A DNA stretch of 64,000 nucleotides from the NCBI GenBank assembly GCA_028826165.1, contig JAPDFW010000070.1:62001-126000 (forward strand). Reading direction: 5' to 3'. Positions within the stretch are counted from its first letter, which is position 1. Each line of letters starts with the position of its first letter. Under the pieces are notes generated by a model. That model worked only from the letters and a program-made list of their open reading frames with translations, had not been told where the DNA came from and searched no databases. Both the position numbers and the translations under genes were made by a program. Positions 25,991 to 38,734 of the stretch are shown piece by piece. This DNA comes from Anaeramoeba ignava BMAN (Eukaryota; Protista; Anaeramoebae).

Positions 25991-28947
25991 ATGGATTCTT
26001 TTGAAATTCTTACAAAACAAAAAATTGGACAAATTAATGAAATTTGGGATGAAATTGGAGTTTCACAAAAAGAAAAAAATCAACGATTAAAATCTTATTC
26101 TCAACAATTATCAAATTTTTTAACAGAATTAGTTCAAAAAGAAGAAGAACAAAAAAACAGTTTAATTCAACAAATTGAAGATAAAAAGCTTGAAATTGAA
26201 GAAATAACATCAATGTTAAAGATTAAAAAAAATCGAAAGAAAAAATCAAAAACTTCACAAACATTACTTTCACAATATCAAGAAAATCAAGAAATTCTTG
26301 AAGATCTACACCAAGTAATTTATAATCAATATTTGATTTTAAAATTAAAAATTGATATAAAATTGATATAAAATTGATTTAAAATTGATATAAAATTGAA
26401 TTAAAATTGATTTAAAATTGATTTAAAATTGATTTAAAATTGATTTAAAATTAATTTAAAATTGATATGATATGATTTAAAATTGATTTTAAAATTGATT
26501 TAAAATTGATATAAAATTGATTTAAAATTGATTTAAAATTGATTTAAAATTAATTTAAAATTGATTTAAAATTGATATAAAATTGATTTAAAATTAATAT
26601 AAAATTGATTTAAAATTGATTTAAAATTGATTTAAAATTGATTTAAAATTGATTTGAAATTGATATAAAATTGATTTAAAATTGATATAAAATTGATTTT
26701 AAAATTGATTTAAATTTAATTTAAATTTAAAATTGATTTAATTTTGATTTAATTTTGATATAAAATTGATTTAAAATTGATATAAAATTGATTTAAAATT
26801 GATTTAAAATTGATTTAAAATTGATTTAATTTTGATTTAAAATTGATTTAAAATTGATTTAAAATTGATTTAAAATTGATATTGATTTAAAATTAATTTA
26901 AAATTGATATTGATTTAAAATTGATTTAAAATTGATTTAAAATTGATAAAAATTGATTTAAAATTGATTTAAAATTGATATAAAATTGATTTAAAATTGA
27001 TTTAAAATTGATTTAAAATAGATTTAAAATTGATTTAAAATTGATTTAAAATTGATTTAAAATTGAATTAAAATTGAATTAAAATTGATTTAAATTTAAT
27101 TTAAATTTAATTTAAAATTGATATAAAATTGATTTGAAATTGATATAAAATTGATTTAAAATTGATATAAAATTGATATAAAATTGATATAAAATTGATT
27201 TAAAATTGATATAAAATTGATATAAAATTGAATTAAAATTAATTTAAAATTGATTTAAAATTGATATAAAATTGAATTAAAATTAAAATTCTTTTTCAAA
27301 AAAAAAAAGAAATTAACAGAAAGAAAAGAAGTTGTTAGTAAAGTGGAATCTATGCTCAATAAATTATATCAGTTTCTTGAAATCGAAGAAAATGAACAAT
27401 TTCATTCTACAGAAAGTATTCAAAAATATTCAGATCAAGAAATGGAAAAGCTTGAAAAAGAACTTGAAAAAATGGCCAATTTAAAAAAAAATCGAGAAGA
27501 AGAAATGACAAAATTACACAGAGAAATTTTCGATTTTCTTAAAACTCTTGAGATGAACAAATCAGACAATTTCACTTCTTTCAGTGATTCATTCAAACCA
27601 GAATATTTGGATCCAAATTCTCAGACAAATTTAGGATCAAAATTTTTAAATGAACTCAAAAAATTCCGAAATTGTCTTGAAAATGAAATTGGAACAAGAA
27701 ACAAATTAATCTCTCAATTAAAACAACAAATCACTGATTTATGGCAAGAAATCGAAGAAGATAAAGGCCAACAAAAACACTTTCTCCAATTAAATCGAGG
27801 TATTTCTGATGAGGCTATTGAAGCTTTTCGAAATGAAATTGATCGAGCAAATCAAATTAAAAAAGATCGACTTCAAGATTTTATTCAAAATAAACAAAAA
27901 GAAGTTATTGAATTAGCAAGTAAAATTGGATATACAAAAGAATTATTACAACAAAAAAAACCTGAATTATTTCAAACAGAAAACATTACTTTTGAAATGC
28001 TTGACATACTTAATTCCGAAGTGAAAATCTTGACACAAAAAGTTGGAATGTCTGAAAAAATTCGAATTTTAATTAAACAAAGAGAAAATATTCTCAAAGA
28101 AGTTGAACAATTTCGCAAGCAAAAAACAGCAATAACAATGGAGAATTCAAAACAAGCATTTACAAGTCAATTTATTCTTCGTGAATTTTCCATTCAAAAT
28201 AAGATTGAAAAAAAATTACCGAAAATTTCTGATGAATTGATTGAACTTCTTGAAAAATATAAGTCTGCATTTGATGGTGAACCATTTTTATATAATAAAA
28301 GGGATTATCTACATGAACTTGAAAAAAGTAATTCAAGAAGGAAAGTTGGATCGAAAAAATTAGTGAATAAATCGAATCAAAAATCCAATCAAAAATCAAA
28401 TCAAAAATCCAATCAAAAATCATTAAAGAAATCGAATCAAAAATCCAATTAAAAATCGAATCAAAAATCAAATCAAAAATCCAATTTAAAATCATTAAAG
28501 AAATCAAATCAAAAATCCAATCAAAAATTAGTGAAGAAATCAAATCAAAAATCATTAATGAAATCAAAAAAAAAATCAAATCAAAAATCTCTAAAGAAAC
28601 CAAATCAAAAATCTCTAAAGAAATCAAATCAAAAATCATTAATGAAATCAAAAACTCCAAATCCAAAAAAAAGACAAAAAAAAATTTTGACTTCTCAAAC
28701 AAAAAAACCTAAAACAAACAAAAAAACTCAAAATCATAAATTAACTCCTCTTCCAAAATCTCAAAATCTTACTCAAACTCCAACTTTTTCTAAAAAAATT
28801 ATCTCACCAATTTCTGTTAAACATTTCCCACAAAATTTCTATAAGAAATTAAGAAGTTTAGATACAACAGATGAGAATTTTACACCAAATTTTTCCAAAC
28901 GATTTGAAATGCAACTTGATCAAGAAAGCGATCAAGAAATTTTTTGA
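25991..28947 (+). CDS. PRC1/MAP65/Ase1 microtubule cross-linker
   Basis: Exon 1 is 25991-26314 (INEIWDEIG) and exon 2 starts at 27310. Motifs: ITDLWQEI, RANQIKKDRL, KLPKI..LEKY..DGEPFLYN..DYL. Basic SNQK tail with one in-frame TAA at 28450. Confidence 0.8.
26315..27309 (+). repeat. PRC1 intron filled with (AAAATTGATTT)n 11-mer
   Basis: About 1 kb array between GTAATT and AAG. Confidence 0.9.
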
Positions 28948-29169
28948 ATTGAAATTTTTTTGAATTGAATTTTTCTTTTTAATTTTTTTTTAATTAAATT
29001 TAAATTTAAAACAGAAAAATAATCCCCAAATTGTTATTAATTAATTCTTTAATTAACTTTTTATTATAAAAATTCAATTATAAATTTACTTCTTCCAAAT
29101 TTCGCAAAACGAAAATAAAAAACAAAAGAAAAATTTAATTGATAAATTAATTTCGACTTTTTAAAAAAA

Positions 29170-29829
29170 TCATTTAAAAAATTTGAACCAATATTCCCAT
29201 AAACAACGAACTTTATAAGGCATACCAATAGCCATACAAGTAGGACCATATCTCATTTTAGCGAAAGCAACAGGATGAGCGGGAGCATTAACAGCGAAAT
29301 CATTAAAGGGAATTCTAGTTAAAGGAAATAAATCACTAGCAGGAAAACTATAATAATCATCCATAAAAGCATTTCCAGTTTCATGAGCACCATCAACGAC
29401 ATAACGGTCGTCTTTCAAGACCCAACGGAAGACATCGAGGGTAGCTTGGCCATAAAAACCCGCGAGGGAATTCAAATTCATTCCATAATCATTTTTCAAC
29501 CACTGTTTGCAGTTGTCAATTTTATATCGATCTTCATAAAGAATTGAAACATCAGCATCAGAATCCCAAGGAATAACATCATGATGCCTAACAGCGCCCA
29601 AAAGTGTCCCGAAATCAACCCAATAAGTTATATTTTCTTTTTGTGCGCATTCATCGAATTTTTGAATTACGAATCTTAAATCATGAATAAGTTCATCTGA
29701 TGCAAAACATGGATCCGTGAAATAATGATGTGGCACATATTTATAACATATAAAACTCGTTGTTATCGCTATAAAAACAAAAACTACTAGAAAATGCTTG
29801 AATTTTCTTGTGTAACAACACTGACACAT
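29170..29829 (-). CDS. LicD/fukutin-family nucleotidyltransferase-fold phosphotransferase, type II membrane
   Basis: N-terminal TM helix, YWVDFGTLLGAVRHHDVIPWDSDADV, LDVF, LFPL..IPF and YG. Confidence 0.9.
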   Translation of the reverse strand: MCQCCYTRKFKHFLVVFVFIAITTSFICYKYVPHHYFTDPCFASDELIHDLRFVIQKFDECAQKENITYWVDFGTLLGAVRHHDVIPWDSDADVSILYEDRYKIDNCKQWLKNDYGMNLNSLAGFYGQATLDVFRWVLKDDRYVVDGAHETGNAFMDDYYSFPASDLFPLTRIPFNDFAVNAPAHPVAFAKMRYGPTCMAIGMPYKVRCLWEYWFKFFK

Positions 29830-29929
29830 CTTCTGTTGTTTGTTTGTTTTTTTTAATAAAAAAATTCAAAAAAAATTCAATAAAAAAAAATGAAAAAAAA
29901 CTTTTTTAAGTTTTTTTTCAATTCTTATA

Positions 29930-30420
29930 TTTAAATTTACTTTTAAATTCTGAGCAAATTTATATTTAATTTGATTGGAAATTTACTTTTAAATTTACTT
30001 TTAAATTTATTTTTTAAATTTAAATTTATTTTTTTAAAATTTACTTTTAATTTTACTTTTAATTTTCCTTTTAAATTTACTTTTAAATTTACTTTTAAAT
30101 TTACTTTTAAATTTATATTTAAATTTACTTTTAAATTTACTTTTAAATTTACTTTTAAATTTATATTTAAATTTATATTTAATTTTAATCAAATTTACTT
30201 TTAAATTTACTTTTAAATTTACTTTTAAATTTACTTTTAAATTTACTTTTAAATTTACTTTTAAATTTACTTTTAAATTTACTTTTAAATTTACTTTTAA
30301 ATTTACTTTTAATTTTACTTTTAAATTTACTTTTAAATTTACTTTTAAATTTACTTTTAATTTTACTTTTAAATTTACTTTTAAATTTACTTTTAAATTT
30401 ATATTTAAATTTACTTTTAA
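29930..30420. repeat. 12-bp tandem repeat (TTTAAATTTACT)n
   Basis: Directly visible upstream of LicD. Confidence 0.85.
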
Positions 30421-32029
30421 ATTTGATTGGAAAAAATAATTCAAATTTTTTTGATCTTTTTCAACAAATCTTTATTTTTTTAATACAGAGATTATTCTGT
30501 ATTTGTAATTAAAAAAAAGTAATCAAAGCAATTACATTTTTGTTTATTTGCTATTGATCTTCAATTTTCCCATTTTAATTTTGATTTAATTTGGTTTTAA
30601 TTTTGAAGAAATTGTAAAATGAAAAAAAAAAAAGAAAAATTTTTAATTTGATTCTTTTTAAATTATCCCACAAAAAGAAATATCTCAACTTTTTAACTTT
30701 TAGTTTTTTCTTTAAACTTAATTCAAACAAATTTAAAAATTGATGATCAATTTGAAACTTTAATTAATAATTTTTATTAACTTTTTATTTATATTTAATT
30801 AATATTTAATTTTTAAATTTACTAAATTTATTATTTTATTTATAAAATTTTTTTTATATTTTATTAACATTTACTTTTATATTTTATTTTAATATTTAAT
30901 TAACATTTAAATTTATTTTTAATTTCTTAAATCGATTTGTTTAGGAATTTTAATTTAAATTAATTTTTAAATTTAAATTATTTTACTTATAAAATTACTT
31001 TTTAATATTTTATTAACATTTTATTTTTATTTTTAATTTCTTTTAAATTTAAATTTAAATTTACTTTTTATTTAGGAATTTACTTTTAAATTTATATTTA
31101 AATTTATTATTTTACTTATAAAATTATTTTTATATTTATTTTATATTTTATATTTATATTTTATTAAATTTTTTTTAAATTTACTTTTTAAAGTTATTTT
31201 TAAATTTATTTATATTTTTATTTTTAATTTTATTTACGAATTATAATTTAAATTTAATTTTAAAATTTATTGTTTTACTTTTATCAAATTATTTTTATAT
31301 TTTACTTTTTACATTTTTTAATTTTAACTTTTAAATTAACTTTTAATTTTACTTTTAAATTTACTTTTTAAATTTACATTTAATTTTTATTTAAATTTAC
31401 TTTTAAATTAGATTTGATTTACAAATTATAAATTTAAATAATTTTAAATTTTTTTATTTTACTTTTAAATTTATTTTTATATTTAATTAATATTTTACTT
31501 TTATTTTATCAATATTTTTATTTAATTTAATTAACATTTAATTTTAACATTTTATTTATATTTAATTTTTTTAAATTTATTTTTAAATTTATAATTTAAA
31601 TTTTACTTTTAAATTTTTATTTTACTTTTACTTTTAATTTTATTTTTAAATTTATTTTATATTTTATTTATATTTTGATTGGAAAAATAATTCAAATTTT
31701 TGAATTTTTCAAATTATTTATTTTTAATACAGAAATTATTCTGTATTTGTAATTAAAAAGTAATCTAAAGCAATTACATTTTTGTTTATTTGCTATTATA
31801 AAATTATTTTTAATTTTTTATTTAATTTGGTTTTAATTTTGAAGAAATTGTAAAATGAAAAAGAAAAATTTTTAATTTGATTCTTTTTAAATTATCCACA
31901 AAAATAATTTACAACTTTTTTAAATTAATTTTAAGTTTTTCTTTTAAAAACAATTCAAACAAATTTAAAAATTGATGATCAATTTGAAACTTTAATTAAT
32001 AATTTTATTAACTTTTTATTTATATTTAA

Positions 32030-33380
32030 TTAATATTTAATTTCTTAAATCGATTTATTGAGGGATTATAATTTAAATTAATTTCTAAATTTATTATTTT
32101 AATTATAAAATTATTTTTATATTTAATTAACATTTTATTTATATTTTATTAACATTTTATTAACATTTAATTTATATTTTATTTATATTTAATTAATTTA
32201 TTTAATTTTATTAAATAGATTTATTGACAAATTATAATTTAAATTAATTTCTAAATTTATTATTTTAATTATAAAATTATTTTTATATTTAATTAACATT
32301 TTATTTATATTTTATTAACATTTTATTAACATTTTATTAATATTTTATTTATATTTAATTTCTTAAATCGATTTATTGACAAATTATAATTTAAATTTAT
32401 TTCTAAATTTATTATTTTATTTATAAAATTATTTTTATATTTTATTAACATTTTATTTAGATTTTATTAATATTTAATTAACATTTTATTTATATTTAAT
32501 TAATATTTAATTTCTTAAATCAATTTATTAATTTAAATTAATTTCTAAATTTATTATTTTACTTATAAAATTATTTTTATATTTAATTAACATTTTATTT
32601 ATATTTTATTAACATTTAATTAACATTTTATTTATATTTTATTTATATTTAATTTCTTTAAATCGATTTATTTACAAATTATAATTTAAATTAATTTCTA
32701 AATTTATTATTTTAATTATCAAATTATTTTTATATTTAATTAATATTTTATTTAGATTTTATTAATATTTAGTTAACATTTAATTAACAGTTAATTAACA
32801 TTTTATTCTTTATTTTATTCCCTAAATAGATCTATTTACAAATTATAATTTAAATTAATTTCTAAATTTATTATTTTATTTATAAAATTATTTAATATTA
32901 TATTTATATTTAATTTAATATTTTATTAACATTTAATTAACATTTAATTAACATTTTATTTATATTTTATTTATATTTAATTTCTTAAATCGATTTATTG
33001 ATGAATTATAATTTAAATTTATTTCTAAATTTATTATTTTATTTTATAAAAATTTTTTTATATTTAATTAATATTTTATTTATATTTTATTAATATTTAA
33101 TTTACATTTAATTAACATTTTAATTCTTTATTTTATTTATATTTAATTTCTTAAATCGATTTATTGAGGAATTATAATTTAAATTTATTTCTAAATTTAT
33201 TATTTTAATTATCAAATTATTTTTATATTTAATTAACATTTTATTTATATTTTATTTACATTTTATTAACATTTAATTAACATTTAATTAATATTTAATT
33301 CTTTATTTTATTCCCTAAATAGATCTATTTACAAATTATAATTTAAATTAATTTCTAAATTTATTATTTTACTTATAAAA
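32030..33380. repeat. AT-rich minisatellite, unit about 150-175 bp
   Basis: Recurring anchor 'aaatcgatttatt..aattataatttaaattaatttctaaatttattatttt', about 9 copies. Confidence 0.75.
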
Positions 33381-33907
33381 TTAAATCCACATTTTTTGAT
33401 CAATATTTAAAAGAGAATTAGTTAAATTTTAATTAACTTTTCCAACAAATCAAACATAAATAATAAAAGAATTGTTGTTACTAAAAATAAATAAAGTTTA
33501 TTTTTTAAATTTATGTTGTTTATTTTGATTAATTTAAACTTAAAAAAAAAAATAAAAAAAGGAGAATAAGAACAAAAAAAATGACTAAGTTTTATGTATT
33601 TTTATGACTATGCCCCCTAATTTGATCTAAATAAAAAATTAAATAAAAAATAAATAAAAAATAAATTAAAAAATTAAATTAAAAATTAAATTAAAAAGAA
33701 AACAATAATATTTTTCAAGTTGCAAAAGAAAAACTTTCTAGAAATAAAGAACTGAAAAAGGATCTAAAGATAGAATTGGCCAAAGTGAAAATGAAAAAAA
33801 AAAAAAAGAAAGGAAAATCAAGCAACATCAAAACATTTCGGGACTTATTTTTTTTTTTCAGTTCAAAAACAACCTTTATACACTTTTTTGGATTCTAATA
33901 AACTAAT

Positions 33908-36580
33908 ATGAAATCACTTGAAAAAACTACACAAAACCGAACAGATGATGATTTGGGATGGTTTTTACTATTTTCTACACGCAAAAAAACATTCCCAGAA
34001 ACAACAAATCAATTAATGTTCTCAAATGAAAAATCGACTGTAAAAAATTTTTTTTTTAAATTTACAATTAAATTTACAATTAACTTCACAATTAAATTTA
34101 CAATTAAATTTACAATTAAATTCACAATTAAGACTCAAATTAAAATTTACAATTAACTTCACAATTAAATTCACAATTAAATTCACAATTAAGACTCAAA
34201 TTAAAATTCACAATTAAATTAAAACTTATTTCAATTTTAAACTTTTTTTTCCTTTTTATTTTTATTTTTATTTAAGTTGACACTTCCAAATCAACACTCC
34301 CCAAATTTAGACAAGAAAAAAAAAGAAATTCATAAACGGAAAGCGGAAGAAGAAAGTGAAGCAATTTTGCCAAAAGAACAACTCACTGAATCTGAAATTA
34401 AGTTTAGAAGAAAAAGAAAAACAAACTCCCATTTATCGGTCTTAAATGGTGAATTGGACAAAAATCTTATTTATTCTAACAATCTAATTCAATCTTTAAA
34501 GGTTTGTCTCCCCTAATTTATTTTTGTTTATTAATTTTTTCTTCTTTTAAACTAATTTATAATTTAAAAATTTAAAAATTTCAAAAATTTTAAAAGGAAT
34601 CTCAAATTGCAAATTTAAATGGAAATGTGGATCAAAATCAAAATCAAAATCAAAATGAAAATCAGAAAGAAAATCAAAATGAAAAAGAAAATCTAAAAGA
34701 AAATCAAAAGAAAATCAAAATCAAAATCAAAATCAAAATCAAAATCAAAATCAAAATCAAAATCAAATTGAAAATCAAAATGAAAAAGAAAATTTAAAAG
34801 AAAATCAAAATCAAAATCAAAATGAAAATCAAAATGAAAAAGAAAATCAAAATGAAAATCAAAATCAAAATGAAAATGAAAATCAAAATCAAATTGAAAA
34901 TCTAAAAGAAAATCAAAATCAAAATGAAAATCAAAATCAAAATCAAAAGAAATCAAGAAAATTTAAAAGAAAATCAAAATCAAAATCAAAATCAAAATCA
35001 AAAAGAAAAAGAAAATTTAAAAGAAAATCAAAATCAAAATCAAAATCAAAATCAAAATCCAAAATCAAAATCAAAATCAAAATCAAAATCAAAATCAAAA
35101 TCAAAATCAAAATCAAAATCAAAATCAAAATCAAAATCAAAATCAAAATCAAAATCAAAATCAAAATCAAAATCAAAATCCAAATCCAAATCAAAATCCA
35201 AATCCAAATCCAAATCCAAATCCAAATCCAAATCAAAATCAAAATCAAAATCAAAATCAAAATCAAAATTTAAATCAAATAAAAAATGAAATGGAAAATA
35301 CATTTAAGAATTTAAATCCAATTCAAATGCAAATGTTAATGGAAAATCAAATGCAAATGTTAATGCAAAACCAATTACAAATATTAATGCAAAATCAAAT
35401 ACCAAATGAAATATTATTAACACCACAATTACCGAACGAAATACCTGGATTAGTAGGGGGACCAGTACCAAATCTTTTTCCACCACCACTAATTGCACCA
35501 GATAACACAACCATTCAATTAACGAATGAATCAAACAATCTCAACAGTGAGCAATATCAACAACTAACAGAAAAAAATGGAAATGCAGCAAATCCAAATC
35601 TTGAGCAAACGGAAAATCCTCAAAATATTGGAATGCTCCCAAACAATAATATGTTGTTTCATCCAGCATTCAATCCATTGTATCAACCCATTTATAATCC
35701 TCAATTTAACGCTTTATATCCAACTATGTTCAATCCAAATCCTAATTTAACTTTTCCTCAAATCCCAAATCCAACTAATCTAACTGACATTGCAAATCCA
35801 ACACAAAACAATCCTCAAAATCCATTTCAGAATCCCTTTCAACATTTTGCACATCAAACTCAGCCAATCCCAATCGCAAATCATAATTTGGATCACGATT
35901 CAAGTGACTTTGATGTGGAAATGTCTATTAATGATGATGACTTTGACAACCAAATCCACAATGATAATCAAAATCAACACAACAGAAATGGAAATCCAAA
36001 AAATGATTCGTTTTCCTTTCCGCAACATAAATTGTACAATAACAGCAGAACAAAGCAAAACAAAGGCAAAAACAAACGAAAAGCCAAATCCAACAAAAAA
36101 ACTCTCGACAAAGATGGCTTTGACAACTCAGACAAAAACCAAAGCAACGACATTAACAACAAAAATTCAAAACAACCGACACGAACGGTTTTTGCAATTT
36201 ACGATCACAAGAACATGGGAGAAATTCCTCACATGGATGAGTTGATGAGTTTCTTCCAACAAATTCCAAAGCCAACAATTCCTCAAAGATTAACGAAGAT
36301 TGCAAGTTTATTTCCTGAGCTAATCAAAGGATGGAATTCAGAAGTTTTCCGTTTATTCTCAACAACAGGAGAGACCCCCAAACGCGTTGAAATCAAAAAC
36401 AAGGTTTTTTGGATTATGGCTATTGTTGCTTCCCCCAAAAATCAATCTGCTGGTTTTTATCGAAGAAAGTGTTATGATGCTCGTAATAGTGTTTCCAAAT
36501 TTTTCAGAAGAAGCTTGAAAATGACCAATCAAACTGCTTATGTTCGAGGAAAATTGATTTATGAAAAAAAGTCGAATTAG
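33908..36580 (+). CDS. Hypothetical Q/N/P-rich protein with basic NLS-like stretches and a globular C-terminal domain
   Basis: Exons 33908-34039, 34277-34501 and 34597-36580 (phase-0 GT-AG). Frameshifts inside the (CAAAAT)n tract. The last ~135 aa are complex and basic. Confidence 0.65.
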
Positions 36581-36592
36581 GGACTTTTTACT

Positions 36593-36624
<32 letters not shown>

Positions 36625-36853
36625 TTGGATTTAAGTTTTATGTTTTATTTTAAGCATAATCTTTTTTCTTTCAATCAAATTTATTTTTTTTTTCTTTTTT
36701 TTTTTCTTTTTCAATTCTGAATCAAAAGTAAAAAACAAAAAATAAAAATAATTATTCAAAACAAAACAAAAAATTCAAAAAATTCAAAAAGATTTTTATT
36801 TCTTCTTCTTTTTTATTAATATAAAAAAAATATAATTAATTCCAAAAACTTTT

Positions 36854-38650
36854 TTAGCAGCATTTTTTCTTTACAACTTTTTTCTCAATTGATACTAAAT
36901 TTGTCTCTTCAATTTCTTCTTCCTCTTTTTTTGTTGATAATCTAAAATAAAAAATAAAATAATTTTTTTTATAAAAATAAAAATAAAAAAATATAAATTG
37001 AAAATTAATTTAAATAATACCTTTTAGAAATATCTAATGCCATTCTATGGAAAATATTTTTGATATTTTCTCCAGTTTTAGCGCTTACTTCTTCGAAATC
37101 AGCATTCATATAATCTGCAAGTTCCTAAAAATAAGAAAATTAATAAAAATAAAAATCGGAAAAAAAATTTTTTAAAATCGGAAAAAAAAAATAATTTACA
37201 TTTCCTTCTAAAGATTCAATTTGTCTATATTCTTCAAGATCAATTTTATTTCCAACAATCATTTTAGAAATATCTGGTGGTGCATCTTTTGAAACTGTAT
37301 CAATCCATTGGGGAATACTTTGAAAACTTGATTTTTGTGTAATATCGTAAATAATCATTACTCCATGTGAATTTCTATAATAAAAGCCTGCTATACTTCT
37401 GTATCTTTCTTGACCAGCAGTATCCCACTTTTTTAACAAATTTTTTAATTTTAATTTTAATTTGAATATTAATTTTATTTTTAATATTAATTTTATTTTT
37501 AATTTTAATTTTAATTTGAATATTAATTTTAATTTTAATTTTAATTTTAATTTTGATTTTAATTTTAATTTTAATTTTAATTTTAATTTTAATTTTCAAA
37601 TTGTAAATTCAAATTCATTTTTAAATTCATTTTCATTTTCATATTCATTTTCAAATTCATTTTTAATTTTTAAATTCATTTTTAAATTGTAAATCAATTT
37701 GTAAATTCATTTTTAAATTCATTTTTATTTTCATTTTTAAATTCATTTTTAAATTTATTTTTAAATTCATTTTTAAATTCATTTTTAAATTGTAAATCAA
37801 TTTTTAAATTCATTTTTAAATTCATTTTTAAATTCATTTTTAAATTCATTTTTAAATCCATTTTTAAATTCATTTTCATTTTTAAATTGTAAATCAATTT
37901 GTAAATCCATTTTTATATTCAAATTCATTTCTAAATTCATTTTCATTTTTAAATTCTTTTTTAAATTCATTTTTAATTTCATTTTTAATTTCATTTTTAT
38001 ATTTAAATTCATTTTCAAATTCATTTTTAAATTGTAAATCAATTTGTAAATTCATTTTTAAATTCATTTTTAAATTCATTTTTAATTTCATTTTTATATT
38101 TAAATTCAAATTCATTTTTAAATTCATTTTTAAATTCAAATTCATTTTTAAATTCAAATTCATTTTTAAATTGTAAATCAATTTTTAAATTCATTTTTAA
38201 ATTGTAAATCAATTTGTAAATCCATTTTTATATTCAAATTCATTTTCATTTTCATTTTTAAATTCATTTTTAAATTGTAAATCAATTTGTAAATTCATTT
38301 TTAAATTCATTTTTAAATTGTAAATCAAATTGTAAATCAAATTGTAAATTCATTTTTAAATTCATTTTTAAATTCAAATTTGATATACAATTTGAAGTTT
38401 GGCAACATTTGTTTCAAGAGTTGCTTCACTAAATCTAAAATCAATACCGGTTGTTGGTGATCTTTTTTCCATAAATTGATTATCACAAAATTGATGAAGA
38501 ATTGAACTCTTAAAAAAAAAGATAAAAAAGGAATAAATTTTGAAATTAAATTTTTGAAATTAAATTTTGATGTTTTACTTTTCCAACACTACTATCTCCA
38601 ATTAAAACAATTTTATATATAGGTTTTCCGTTATCAATTTTATTGTTCAT
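36854..38650 (-). CDS. Rab GTPase (Rab1/Rab8-like), 5 exons
   Basis: Exons 38650-38579, 38508-38389, 37427-37200, 37124-37021 and 36941-36854. Motifs: GDSSVGKS, TTGIDF, KLQIWDTAGQERY, GNKID, EVSAK and C-terminal KKKCC*. Confidence 0.92.
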
Positions 38651-38734
38651 TATTAATTAAAATGAAAGAAAAAAAATGAAAAAAAAATTTTGGATTTAAA
38701 AAAAATTATTAAAAAAAAAAAAACGGAAAAAAAT

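Noticed and set aside
28440-28460. In-frame TAA at a Gln position of the PRC1 SNQK repeat, suggesting TAR=Gln recoding or readthrough
   Set aside because: TAA is clearly a true stop elsewhere (Rab CC-TAA, TLDc, Exo70) and no in-frame TAR occurs in conserved domains. A point change or consensus error in a repeat is simpler.
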